From Octopus bimaculoides (Eukaryota), in assembly GCF_001194135.2 (NCBI RefSeq), contig NC_068990.1:31790329-31854328 (forward strand): DNA of 64,000 bases. The letters run 5' to 3'. The translations under genes and the position numbers were made by a program. The first letter of the stretch is position 1. Every line of letters starts with the position of its first letter. The notes beneath the pieces are model-generated. The model did no database searches and was not told the origin of the DNA. It worked only from the letters and a program-made list of their open reading frames with translations. Below are positions 25,054 to 38,669 of the stretch, piece by piece.

Positions 25054-25340
25054 ATTATATTGTGTAATATAACAGTGCATTTTACAACATTGAGAATTTA
25101 TAATAAATTGTTATAAAGTATTACATGGTAATTTATTTTTGACAAAAAATTAACAATAATTTTATAGCCGTACTTCAAGAACAAAAATTGCATAAACCAA
25201 TGGATGGAGTTCAAAATACATACAATACACAGCCCTGTTTTACATATACATATGAACAACATCGTACAGAGATATATACAGACACACATTCATACACTAT
25301 CATAGCTCATGTGTACAGACATCTATACATATAAATGCAC

Positions 25341-25382
<42 letters not shown>

Positions 25383-25893
25383 TATTTTTCTTTTTTGTCA
25401 TGGAGTTGTTGGGGTTATATCATGTCTGGCATGTCTTGGGCATTTAAAACTTGACAGGGCTGCTGATTTCTTCAACAGAGAGGAGAGAGAGATTGAAAAG
25501 AATTATGTTGAGCACTGAACTGGTACTTTTATTTGCTGAAACTGAAAAAGATAAAAGGCAAAGTTGACCTCAATAACATTTAGATTCAGAGTGCAGAGAG
25601 CCAGAATAGATATCAACACAAGTTTGACACTCTGCCAATTTGTATTGCATGCACATGCACACACTCACAACCAAGCATCCATATACACACACTCTAGCTT
25701 GAAAATATCACCCTGTCCAATCAGCTTTAAATATTTGTTTGATGGCTTGCTTATTGATGATCACTGCACCATTAATAAGCATTTATAAACTGAAATATAA
25801 TTATAAAAACTCATGACTGGTGATTGGTTACATGAAACTTTGAGTAACAGCTTATGAAGTCTTTTCAGCTTCAATAAAACTGTATTTTACGTG

Positions 25894-25929
<36 letters not shown>

Positions 25930-25930
25930 T

Positions 25931-26940
25931 CATTATCATTTAACATCTGTTTTTCAAGCTGGCATGGATTGGGCAGTTTGACAAGATGGCCAGCAGAAGA
26001 GCTGCCCAGGCTCCATGTCTGTTTTGGCCTGATTTCTACAGCTGGATGCCCTTTCTAACACCAGAGTGTACTGGGTGTTTTTAAGTGACGCCAGAATCAG
26101 TGCTTTTACACGGAAGAAGCACAGGTTCTTCTTACATGGAACTGGCATGGGTGCTTTATACATGGTACCAGCACCCATGAGCCTGCAAGGTTAGGATTAC
26201 TCAGCTGAAGAGGGATGAAGAGGACATGCCTTTATGTGAGGATATCCACAATTTTACTTAGCTTGACATTTCTTCTCAACCACAGCAAACTAATAGAAGT
26301 CTCAGTCCCTTGTCATCTCCTCTGTGAAGCCCATCATCTGAGGATCCTTTTCATCCTACTTCATCCTACATCTTCCTGGGTCTACCCCTTCCACAGGTCC
26401 CTCCACAATTAGAGATTGGCACTTCTTGGTGCAGCTGTCCTTATCCATAAGCATCACTTGACCATACTAGTGCAGTCTTCTCTCTTGAACACTACATCTG
26501 ATGTCTTGTATACCCAGTTTTCCTCTCGAATCACTTACACTGTCATATATGTACACTGACATTACCCATCCAGCAGAGCATGCTGGTTTCATTTCTTTCA
26601 AGCCTTGTCTTCAGTAGTAACAGCCCATATCCCACTGCCATGTAGCATAACTGTTCATACACAAGCATCATACAATCTGCCTTTCACTCTGTGGCAGAGA
26701 CCTTTTGTTACGAACAGAAGTAGTAGCTCTCTGAACTTTGCCCAGCCTGTTATTCTAACAGCTATGCTTTTGGAATAACCTCCACCATTGCTAACTTGGT
26801 AACTTAAGTAACAGAAATTCTCTACGGCTTCTAAGGATCCTCCCAGACATTTTGAGGGTTCTATTTTCTGTACATCCCTGGTGTTTAACATATCTGCACA
26901 TCTACCACATGTAAAGACTACTTTCTCTGTTAGTCTTCCA
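25931..26940 (-). mobile_element. RTE-clade LINE, 5'-truncated and degenerate
   Basis: Encodes LEAVENFCYL...GWAKFRELL...KGRLYDACV; same 3' UTR and tail as 21538-22381. Confidence 0.85.
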
Positions 26941-27499
26941 GTGATACCAGTGCATCTCCTATGTGTTCATGGCTTGCACTAGGTACACCTTACCTTATGG
27001 GGTTTCTTCCAACACCTTTTCTACATTTCAAGCAAGGCCATCTCCCTGAAGGGATCTCAGACTTGATTGTTTTCCTGCTTATTAGGACTTTGGTCTTTGT
27101 TAGGACTATATGTGTGTATAATTACAAACACACACATATATATATACACACACACACAGTAAGTTTTATAAATTGACAAAAAAATAAAGTGTATAAAAAT
27201 GCCTGCCTTTGAGGATCTCAAAAAAGAAAAATACCAATAAAGCAACAGTAAATGAATTAAATGATGCCAGTCAGAAAGCAATACAGCAAATATGAGTCAA
27301 CCAGTTTGTACTAAAGGGGTCTAATCAGGTCCACATTGTCAAGAAATATCTTCAGCACACGATGAATCTCCTTGTTGCCATGGTGTTGTGTAAGTAAGTT
27401 TGAGATGTTTCAAATGATCTTAATTTTTTTTTTAAATATGGGGGTTTGACCACCATCTTTTCACTTCTCACGACATCCTGGGATCTCCTTTCCTCTTTA

Positions 27500-27790
27500 T
27501 GAGACATGTGGTGCGAATGGATGAGGACAGCTGAGTGAAAAAGTGTCACACCCTAGCAGTTGAGGGAATCTGTGCAAGAGGTAGGCCCAGTAAAGACCTG
27601 GGATGAGGCGGTGAAGCATGACCTTCAAACACTGGGCCTCACCGAGGCAATGACTAGTGACTGAGACCTTTGGAAATATGCTGTGCTTGAGAACACCCAG
27701 CAAGCCAAATGAGACCATAATCCGTGGCCTATGCCAGTGGTGTAACCAGCCTACTTATGCGTTGCTTGCAAAGACCTGTTGAAGCAAGTG
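27500..27790 (+). mobile_element. RTE LINE C-terminal fragment
   Basis: RHVVRMDEDS*VKKCHTLAVEG...GRP..TWDEAVKHDLQTLGLTEAMTSD. Confidence 0.8.
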
Positions 27791-27829
27791 AAATCACAAT
27801 TCAAAATCAAATTCACTGACTACACCCAA

Positions 27830-28135
27830 ATAAAGTATGGTCTGTGTTTGATGGGATACGAAGAATGACATCTATCATGAAGTATTAAACCAAAATGAAA
27901 CAGTTAATGCCAGAGAGTATTGTCGTCAATTGGAAGCATTTCACAAAATATTCACAAAAAAACATGTCCATGATTACTCAATCAAAAGAGGGTGTTCTTA
28001 CACGTTAATGCAAGGCCAAAAATTTCCCAAGTCACACAGGAAAAGATTATGGCTCTAAATACGGAAGTTTTGCTTCCTCCTCCGTAACTCTCATGACCTT
28101 GCTCCACCTGATTGTCATCTTTTCAGATTATTACA
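27830..28135 (+). mobile_element. Mariner transposase catalytic-domain remnant
   Basis: MVCV*WD...YHEVLNQNETVNAREYCRQL...NARP...LLPPP*.HDLAPPDCHLFR, matching the mariner YSPDLAPSDYHLFR motif. Confidence 0.75.
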
Positions 28136-28136
28136 T

Positions 28137-28500
28137 TTGATGATGAAAGACATGAGCGCACAGAGTGACCTATTCCTGAATGTAATGAAGACAAAGATCT
28201 TGGTGATGGATAAGTACAGAACAGACCAAGGTGACTTCACCGTAGACGGAGAGAGGATTCAGGAAGTGGATGATTTTGTGTACTTGAGACCCACAATCAG
28301 CACCAATGGATCAAGCACACTAGAGATATGGAGAAGGCTCGCGATAGCGAGGCAAGCGGTACAAGGTATGGAGAACATCTGGAAGAGTCGTGGCATGTCA
28401 ATGCTGCTGAAGATAAGGCTATTTGGGGCTGCCGCTTTCTCTATTGTGACGTACGGCTGCGAGTCGTGGACAATGTTGAAGGCAGAAGAAAAAAAGAGTG
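28137..28500 (+). mobile_element. RTE LINE reverse transcriptase C-terminal fragment
   Basis: LFLNVMKTKILV...IQEVDDFVYL...EIWRRLAIAR...IWKSR.MS..LKIRL..AAAFSIVTYGCESWT. Confidence 0.85.
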
Positions 28501-31487
28501 AAAATTTTTGGAAAATAAGTATCTTTTAATGAAATTTTATACAAATACCTTTCAAATGGTGTAGATTACGCTTGCAAGGAAATTTGCAGGCAAAATTTTT
28601 AGAAGGGGGCGTGAGGAGGAGTTTCGGATCAGACGGCCCACATAAGTTGGAATTTCTCCGTTTTGATGGGGATTTTTTCACCAATGTCTTCAGAATGATG
28701 GGAGGCATCTTTTTACGAAAAAAAATTTGAAAATTTGTGTTTTTTCACTCCCGCTTCCTCCTCCTCACCACCCAGTCCGAAATGATTTTGGCCTTTTTCT
28801 TTTTCTTTTTTTTTTTTTAGCACTACGCACTTAAACCCATAAGAGAAACACTTTCGGTTTAATAAAAATTGTTAATAATTTCAGAGGAAAATGTTTGATT
28901 TAAGGAAGATCCGGCTGTTGTTTCTAGCACATCCCAAAACCTCCTGCCTCGTTTCTTTCTCATTCACACATCTATTGATATTTTTTTATATTTTTCTCCC
29001 CATACCGACTGTATCATCGCCAGCGATAACAAGCAGTACAGCATGTCGTTTCCAAATTTCTGGCAGAGTGAATTGCGTCATGGTGTTGTTGTTTTCACAG
29101 ACGGTACCCAATTGACCCTACTATACTGTGTAGTCGACAAAATCAAAATCATGCGCGAAATTAAAAATATAAAATATCGACAATTTACCCATTGCACCCT
29201 ACACTAACACACTCACACACACATATATATCCCAGTTTGTATAGAACAATATATTAATGAAATTCCAACTTAGTCTGATTTCCACGTTTTATTTGTAATT
29301 TTTATAATTTTACAATATTGAAATAAACTAGTACTTTCATGCGTTACACAATCATCAGGTTTTTGTAGTGACAGTTGTGTTCCACAATTAACAACTCTGA
29401 GAGTTAACAATTAGAGCTTTGTTCTAAGCATCCAGAAGATTCCCGTATCCTCACGGAATACAAACTTATTCAAATTTACAATCTTTATTTAGAAATAAAT
29501 TGGATTATGTTTTAAAGCAATCTGTAGGAATACCAGGTGTGATATTATCTAGACATTTATAAAACTGTATGGACGACTTAATCGAGTATATTCTTTTAAA
29601 AAATTTACTTCATTCAAAAAGAGAAATTATTATGATATTTGCTTCTTCAATAACAATTTTGTTAATTTTTTTCAATGTGAATACATCGGAAATAACCGTT
29701 TCACCAAGCTATTATCATGTTATTACAAAGCATTTTGTAAATGCAAACATGCTGTGCAGTGAAATATATAATTCACTTTTGTCGTTTCTTTTTATCGAAG
29801 TAATACCACATTGTAACGGATGCATTGAATCTGAAGATGATTCTATAAAGAAAAGTAAATTGCGATCATGTAAAAGTTGGTCCTGCAATCTCTTTAACTT
29901 AGATTTTAATCCCAAAAAGATTGGGGGGGGGGCATAATAAGTATATTATCATACAAAAGAAAAGAAAAACTGATTATAACATATGCTCTGCAATGTAAAT
30001 AATGTAGTTACAATACCTTCGTTAACATTAAACACCAACACCTGAGGAGCTTTTGATCGACTGTTATCTAGATTCAGAGAAACAAGTGCAATTATTGCAA
30101 ATAGAAATGACACTAACAAATACAGAAAAGCAATAACTACTGCCTACATAACAGTGGTAACCAATGTAAAGTTGAAAGTGATGTAGTCAACTGTTATATT
30201 GCGTGATTATCTAATTGCAAAAAGAAAAATTTTTCAACTTTACACGAATGAACGATGAGGTACGACCTCATTATGACGGCTAAGCTAACTACGATTGTAA
30301 GGTCGTTAGTGCAATCTCTGATATACCAGGCGGTACTAATTCACAAATGTAAGCCATAATGAAAAAAATGTGCTTTGAAGATTGAATCGGTTTTCATGGT
30401 TTCAAAATCGTGGATCATCTCTGTCACTAAATAGAAAGAGTCATAAATAATACGAAAGCAAATTTCTGATGCTTCCAGTAAGGTCAGTTATAGAATAATC
30501 TTTGTAACTAAAGGCGGTGTCTCGAAAGTAACAGTGACGTCAAGAATGAAACGTCATCAAAAGCTTTCAATAATTTGTTCAGGGAAAATATATTAAAAGT
30601 TTCTGATAGTGTAAAGATTAAAAAAGAAAAAGAAAAAACTGAGCAAATTCGTACACCAGTTAGCATATGGATGAAGCTATGGATTTCGACAATTACGCTG
30701 GAAGTGTTAAACATTCACTCGAGAAAGTCTTTGAAATATTTACTTTGCTAGCAATCGTTTTTCTTTTCAATCAACTGGTAATCTGTGAACGCAAAGTCAA
30801 CGAGATCAAACAAGAGGTTGTGTTTGCCAGTTTCCTCCTCGCCACATTTGCTGTCCTAAATATGTGTGTTTTGACGTTATTAATTATTCAAACAACCCAG
30901 AACGAAGGTATTTATTTCCAAAATAATGAATTACGATCACAGATGCATAGGGGTTAACTACACGAGAAAGCAAAAAAAAAAAAAAAAAAAAAAAAAACAA
31001 TATCTTGTTAAGATTAAGACAAGTTTTGGTATATTCCTACTTGAAAAGCAATAACTGCAGTAAAAGAAAGTGTGTGCTATTGCAATGCTTCGAATTAGTT
31101 GGGTAGATCAACATAACTGTCAATGTTTAATGTTTATAATGGTATTAAAGTAATTTTGAACTCTTCCTTTGGATTACTTATTCTATGTACAGAAGTTCTA
31201 AAAATAAATGAAATCTAATTGCATATAGAATTTTGCTTTGACGCCGCTTTTTCTGTCTCTTCTTGACCATTTATGGCACGGTGGTGTAGTAATTATTTGG
31301 AAGAAGCAATTTAAACTAAGGAAAATGTTAAAGAAAATAGTTCTGTACAAAATTATCTCTGATTGCAACACTGATTAGAATATATTATATTGGCAAGCGT
31401 ATTAGAAACCTAACGAAGCTTACATATTCATCAAATGTGATATGTAAGACCTATTTTGGATTAATTTGTGTGTATATCTGAATAGTT

Positions 31488-31783
31488 GTGAAGGCGCGTG
31501 ACTTAGTGGTTAGGGGCATTCGGCTTACTATCGTAAGGTCGTGAGTTCAATTCCTGGCGACGCGTTGTGTCCTTCAGCAAGACACTGTTTCACGTTGCTC
31601 CAATCCACTTAGCTTGCAAAAATGAGTAGTACCAGTATTTCATAGGGCCAGCCTTGTCACACTCTGTGTCAAGCTGAATCTCCTTGAGAACTACGTTAAG
31701 GGTACACGTGTTTTGTGGAGTGCTCAGCCACTTACACGTTAATTTCACCAGCAGGTTGTTCCGTTGATCATATCAGCTGGAAC
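31488..31783 (+). mobile_element. tRNA-derived SINE: family D head joined to family E tail
   Basis: Head matches 51801 onward (TAGTGGTTAG...GTGAGTTCAATTCC...TTGTGTCCTT.AGCAAGACAC); tail matches about 51580-51730 (GGGCCAGCCTTGTCAC...GAGAACTACGTTAAGGGTACACGTG). Confidence 0.75.
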
Positions 31784-32014
31784 CNNNNNNNNNNCCTTCG
31801 TTTTATGTATTTATACATGATATATATATTTAACAGGCGCAGGTGTGGCTGTATGGTAAAAAGCTTACTTCCCAACCACATAGTCCCGGCTTCAGTCCCA
31901 CTGCGTGGCACCTTGGCAAGTGTCTTCTACTATAGCCTCGGGCCAACCAAAGCCATTTGAATGGAGTTTGGTAGACGGAAACTGAAAGAAGTTCGTCGTA
32001 TATAAATCTATATC

Positions 32015-32045
<31 letters not shown>

Positions 32046-33351
32046 CTTTGTATGACCTTTGAAATACAGGTCCAACTCATTTTTGCCAGCTGAGTGGACT
32101 GGAGCAACGTGAAGTAAAGTGTCTTGCTCAAGGACACAACGCGTCGACGGGAAATTGAACTCACGACCTTACGATCGTGAGCCGAATGTCCGTAACCACT
32201 AAGCCACGTGCCTCAGCACACACACATACCACATATGTGGGAAATTCTGTCTGTGTGTGTGTGTGTGTTTGTGGAGTTGTTAGCTAACTCCTCCTACATC
32301 GTTTTATCGATTTTGATGAAACTTGACACGTGAGTAGAACTTATGTCTGGAAACCTCGTGACATACTTAGATTGTTGAAAAACATCGATTATAGGACCCC
32401 TGGAAGGGATCCTTATATCTACTACATATAACTAATATTTTTATTTAAACACCCAAGGGAAATAACCCATAGCACCTGCATTTACAATTGTTAGCTTTTA
32501 GCGAAGCGATTAATATTTGATTCTCAAGATCAGCAGACCTAATTCTGCATTTTACTACTCACTGTTTTGAACTACTAAACCTTATTATTGCACTTTCTTG
32601 ATTTGAATCTTAAACCTTAACTACTTCATTCATACATTTATATACATACATATATACATACATACATACATTTTTGCGCTAACCTTTCTATTGCACTTTC
32701 TTGATTTGAATAACATTAAAGACTTCATTCATACATTTATATACATACATACTTTTTTTACGCTTATATATACTACATTTATATATTAGCTTTAATAAAA
32801 TAGCCTTGATAAAGTTAACCTTTAAAATGCCACGATGACTACGAGTACGAGCGGGTACTTCTACTTTACAAGCTGCTCTAATGCAACAACAGCGATCTCA
32901 AGTAAGTCTCCGATTCATTATATTTGATATGTATTAAATCAAACAATTATTCTTTGTCTATTCTACTTCAATATCTAAACAGTAATATACATATTGCTGT
33001 AATTAATTTAGACATTGCATTAATAGACATTTTTCAACATCTCCAAATAACTAAATGCTGGCAATGCATGCAGGGTTTTCAATTACATTTGATTACACTT
33101 TGAATGCCCATAACTCCGATAGTTCTACATTTTTCCAGTTAAACTTTTTCGACGACAATAGATCAATTTTTGATTCCAGAACGTATTTAATAAGTGTGTC
33201 CCAATCCTGCTTTTTCTCACGGACAGCTCTATGTCGGATGTTCGGAAAATTTATTCATCTATGCACCAAAGGGAAAAACCAAAAACATTGTGTATCACGA
33301 AGCCTCGCAAGACTGAAATTTTGGAACAAAGATGTCTGTCCCGCTGACAAA

Positions 33352-33558
33352 CTCTCTTGCTAACATCCGACAACCTCTCTTGCCAACCTCTGACAACCTC
33401 TCTCACCAACCTCCAAAAACTTCTCTCGACAACCTCCAGCAATCTCTCTTGACAACCTCTGACAATCTCTCGTGCAAACCTCCGACAGTCTCTCTTGCTA
33501 ACCACCGACAATCTTTCTCGCCAATCTCCGAAAACCTCTCTCACCAACCTCCGACAAT
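33352..33558 (+). repeat. 23-bp minisatellite, 9 diverged copies
   Basis: Unit approximately CTCTCTTGCCAACCTCCGACAAC; explains the pseudo-repetitive ORFs at 33251-33577. Confidence 0.85.
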
Positions 33559-36100
33559 CTCTTCTTTCTCCGGCTGACAGTTTTTTGTACTTTTTCGTGA
33601 TGGAAAATACACCTTTTGTGGCAGTGATAACGAAATTGCTTTCTTATATCAGAGTAATAAGGTGTCGAAATAAGGCGTTTAAATATAACATCTTTACCCC
33701 TGGGAATTACCGGGTACACCAGCTAGTACATTNNNNNNNNNNNNNNNNNNNNNNNNNNNNNNNNNNNNNNNNNNNNNNNNNNNNNNNNNNNNNNNNNNNN
33801 NNNNNNNNNNNNNNNNNNNNNNNNNNNNNNNNNNNNNNNNNNNNNNNNNNNNNNNNNNNNNNNNNNNNNNNNNNNNNNNNNNNNNNNNNNNNNNNNNNNN
33901 NNNNNNNNNNNNNNNNNNNNNNNNNNNNNNNNNNNAAAATAACTTAATCTTGATAGGGAAGAAACTCATGCCTTTCGATTAAACACAGTAACTTGACAAC
34001 AGAAAATTACGATTTGTTTTTTACAGTAAACGTTTCTATTTTCGCTTTTGTTAAATACAATACTTTAATCCTTTAGAGATATTTTTAAGTTAATGTGATT
34101 TCAAAAATGTAAGTTGTTTGTACATAAGTATTTACATTTTAGCTTTCTTTAAACAGACAATATTTTAATATTTTAAAAATTATTTTCAAGTGCATTACAA
34201 AGTTTCTTTGGCATATTTAAAAAAATATTTTAAAGTGAAAATAACTTTTAAAATACGGTAAATATTTCGTAAAAGACCCGTTTGTAACCTCGGTGGGAAA
34301 TAGGTTTCTTTCGAGTGCATTCAACGTATCTCACTTCCAAAGATTTGGCTACTAATTCTAGCACTCCCTGTTACCACGTAACAGCTATTTGCGATAAAGA
34401 ACCCGAAATACCTGCTACATGGTAGCAAGGCATGCAAGAAATAGCAGCCAAATCTTTCCTTTTGTGGGGAAACGAGGCCGTTTCGATGTCACATTCGTTG
34501 AAAGCATGCGAAATAACCTGGAAAAGAAAAAAAAACCATGAATCAAAACTCCGCTGTTGGATAACGCAGACTTTCCCGGTAACCCAACGGGTCAGTAGTA
34601 GTCTAGTATATATGTATTTCTTTACATGTATGTATGTATGTTATTATTCAGTTTTATTTCAAGATTTCATGCCAATAGAGAAAGAGTCGATTTCTAACCT
34701 AGATCCAAGGCTCCTTCATTAGAATTTCAAGATCAACAACAGGGTATTTTTGTATGTATGTATGTATAGTTCACTTATTAATAGAATCAGCGAAAAAGTA
34801 GTCACTCTAGCGACAGACGAATAGCATTTAATGAATATGGGCTATTTCAAGTTTATTACTCGGGTAGGGCGATAAGTGGACGGGCTTGTATTACGTACGG
34901 TCCACTATCCGGTTATGATTCAAGCTACACTGTGAGAAAACTCGAGAAAAAATACTTCAAATATACACAATGTCGATAGTTCAGTTACTGCAGTATTTAT
35001 CATGAGAGAACATTCCTTATGGACGTACCGCGTTAAAAGAAACAATAAATATAATGAGATGAAACAACCAGAGGGAATGCCCAACCTTTTTGGGATCTTT
35101 TCATTAGCATGTACTTGTAGCCAGCCACATACTCCAGTGAGAATTCGTCGCTTCAGGTGTAGGAAAAAGTGAATAAAATATTCATTGATATTGCGAATAA
35201 GCGCCCGACTGAATAAAAATCCTGTATACGCAATTGAGGCAGTTGTAAACCAAAATAGCCATCTGTGACTCATACAATGTCAATAGGGAAGTTACTGCAG
35301 TATTTATCCAGAGAACATCTCTTATGAACGTGTTGTTAAAAAAGAAATCCTCTCCTCTCAATTTATGACTTTCTCAATTCTCTATTCTGTGTTCTTTTCC
35401 ATAGATTTTGTATGCAAACGTACAGATACAATAATCCCATTTCTTTTCAACTCTATCCATTCATACATCTTCCTTTCTTTACCTTTCCCGCTACCTCACT
35501 TTATATATCTCCTCTTTTTTCCTTTTTTCTCCTTTCTCTCTCTCTCTCTTTCTCTTTCCTTCTCCCTTCTTTCTCCCTCTCTATACATATTCATCCCGCT
35601 AATATAGTAGATGACTTGCTGCTCTGATCATATAAACTGAAATATTTCCATCAACTGGTTCATATTTTTTAATGTAGCAACTGAGGAGGATCTTACATAA
35701 TGGATGCATTCCCTATTGTATATTATGCAGACCTAAAATGTATGTATCAGAAGATTTCAAAAGACTTCATTATTCCAACTTATATACTGAGTACATTAAG
35801 GTCTAACACTATGTTTTTAGCATTGGTATGCTTAAGTGAAATAATAATAACAACAACAACAGCAACAACAATAATAATTGGGGACGGCAAGGATTTTGAG
35901 ATTGGTACTTGTATGTTAATCATGGAAAGAGACTTTGTGAGACTCTTGACAACAAGTTGTTGTCCACTCTTACAGAATTAGTCAGAACATGTTAAATCAA
36001 GAGCTCTGAGGAGTGAAATGAAAATAATAATGATAATAATAATCTCTTAATATAATAATGAGTGTAGTGTTTTTATATGGTTGCATATATACATATATAT

Positions 36101-36274
36101 ATTTTAAAAATAACGTCGACTACTAACGTGGACAATTAATGCGCTAGAAATAGATCACATTTTGTGTCTATTAAGACCTATGTTGAGAACTTTTTAGGTC
36201 TTAATAGACACAAAATGTGATCTATTTCTAGCGCATTAATTGTCCACGTTAGTGGTCGACGTTATTTTTAAAAT
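36101..36274. repeat. Near-perfect inverted repeat: 80-bp arms, 14-nt loop
   Basis: 36101-36180 vs 36195-36274, 79/80 identical; the one difference would be a G-U pair in + strand RNA. Confidence 0.95.
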
Positions 36275-36857
36275 GTACCTTAATCCCCTGAGATTGCAGA
36301 TAATATTTCTGAATCTCTTTGATTCTTTAAATGTGCTGGCCCCCTGATAATTAATCGATATTAATTAATATATTAATATATGACTAATTACCAGATCTTA
36401 TAATAATATATATATATATATATATATATTTGTCCAAAATCCTGCAGGAGTGAATGGTGAAGGGAGAGAAGAGAAAATAGGAATTCAGTGAAGGAGAAGT
36501 AGTGAGAGTAATACCCATGACTGAGAGGGAGTGAGAGAAAGTGATAGCAATGTGAGAGAGCGTCGTGTATCTTCTTTCTCCATCACAACATAGGAATGAG
36601 AAAGGAAGGGATGATGCACCAATGGAAGTGAGATGGTGAAAAATCAACGGTGAAACAAAAATCAAACAGCACTTTAACTCTNNNNNNNNNNNNNNNNNNN
36701 NNNNNNNNNNNNNNNNNNNNNNNNNNNNNNNNNNNNNNNNNNNNNNNNNNNNNNNNNNNNNNNNNNNNNNNNNNNNNNNNNNNNNNNNNNNNNNNNNNNN
36801 NNNNNNNNNNNNNNNNNNNNNNNNNNNNNNNNNNNNNNNNNNNNNNNNNNNNNNNNN

Positions 36858-36930
<73 letters not shown>

Positions 36931-37099
36931 AATAAACAGATACACTTCATAAGGAAGGAAGTGGACTGTGACATAGTATAGAAAACCACATTCACTACAG
37001 ACTATGCTATTCACACATATAAATGTATACATATGTACACACACACAGAGTTGAAACACTTTTGATTTTTTTTCACCTTTTTGTACCCTTTTTTTATAT

Positions 37100-37262
37100 G
37101 AAATACAGAAAGTAGCACTACTAGGCACCGCACACATCCTATGTAAAACACTTTCAATACAATAAAGATAAGAGCATCACTACAAACCACAGCATATACC
37201 CAAGGCACACGGAGCTACACTCGGTAGTGCAGTGAAAACATGTGATAAAAATAAGACTACTG
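37100..37262 (+). mobile_element. R4/Dong LINE extreme 3' end
   Basis: IQKVALLGTAHILCKTLSIQ* plus 3' UTR homologous to 3528-3836, followed by (AAT)n. Confidence 0.8.
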
Positions 37263-37309
37263 AATAATAATAATAATAATAATAATAACAATAACAATAA
37301 TAGTTATAC

Positions 37310-37822
37310 TAGGATGCAGTACCAGGTACTGGCTCACATGGCTTCCGATCTTAATTGAATGGAAGTGTTATCCTGTACATGTTTTGTCTTGGTATAAAAG
37401 ATGGGCTACAGCAAATATTCTACTCAATACCTCAGATTTGCTTGTCAGTTGCTTGACCTTAACCAGTTGAGCATGTCCCTTGGTGGCTGACAATATCTGC
37501 ATCGCTGAAGTAATGGGGGGGGGGTGCATCATAGCCATATGTTGAAAAGAATTCTTTGGGATTTGAATTATTCACTTCTAGAAGCATGGGTATTTCATTC
37601 AACATCCTTTGGGTTACTCGACCTGAAGAAAATTCTAACAAGGTCCTACCTGCAACGTCTTGCACTATATATCTTCATATGAGACCACCATGCTGCACAC
37701 ATGGTTGTGATGCATGTGCCTAGTGTACCCTTATCAGACAGGTAGTCATGATGGGTATAGTGGGCTTCATATATTTTTCCCCAGTGTCACTTTGATGGCA
37801 TGCACTGCTCTCTCATTCAATA
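37310..37822. repeat. Unclassified (TAA)n-associated interspersed repeat, about 510 bp
   Basis: Bounded by (AAT)n on both sides; homologous to 3872-4185. Confidence 0.7.
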
Positions 37823-38182
37823 ATAATAATAATAATAATATTAATGGTGGACTCTCCCATCAAAGATGACATATGAACGCTCAGCTTTTACCAAACGACC
37901 TGCACAAATGTTTTGCCTATAGTGATTAAATATATGTTACACATTAGCTCACTCACTCCATAATATCGAATGAACAGGTGCACAGTGTACCACGTATCAG
38001 GCATTGAAGTGATTGTACAGCAATGTATGAGGAAGTGTTTTGCTCAAAAACACAACGCACCACCCGGTCTAGGAATTAAAACCACAATCTTGCAATCATG
38101 AGTGGAACACCCTAACCACTAGGCCATATGCCCTCATGTAATAGTAATAATAATAATGATAATAATAATAATAATAATAATA

Positions 38183-38645
38183 AGCAACCATACTCTGGGA
38201 TATGCCAATACACACAGATAGAGAAATTAAGGCCAATAAACCAGATATAGTTGTCAAAGATCATGAAGGAAAAAAATGCTTTCTAATTGATGTATCAATA
38301 CCAGCAGATGACGTTTCCCTAAAAGAAATGGAGAAACTTTCAAAATACAAAGACCTGGAAATACAGGTAACTCGAATGTGGAATCTAAAAACAGAAGCAA
38401 TTCCTAGTAGGTGCCTTAGGTATAATAAAAAAATATTCAGACAAATACATAACAAAATCACCAGGACTTACAAATACATATAACATACAGAAAATTTCAC
38501 TACTGGGCACTGCACACATCCTACGCAAAACACTTTCAATACAGTAACCATAAGAGCATCACAGCAAACCACAGCACATACCCAAGGCACACAGAGCTGC
38601 GCTCGGTAGTGAAGTGAAAGCACGTTATAAAAAGAAAACTACTGA
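38183..38645 (+). mobile_element. R4/Dong LINE, 5'-truncated (restriction-like endonuclease domain)
   Basis: LWDMPIHTDREIKANKPDIVVKD...CFLIDVSIP...EKLSKYKDLEIQVTRMW, a PD-(D/E)xK RLE; (AAT)n on both sides. Confidence 0.88.
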
Positions 38646-38669
38646 ATAATAATAATAATAATAATTTTT

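Noticed and set aside
30035-30115. CAC-CTGAGGA followed later by GAAAC, a possible hammerhead
   Set aside because: No stem II complementarity and no valid UH cleavage triplet or stem I partner.
29040-31400. ORFs at 29569, 29715, 30508 and 30667 as a gene or transposase
   Set aside because: No conserved motif recognised in any frame and no convincing splice pattern; left unclassified.
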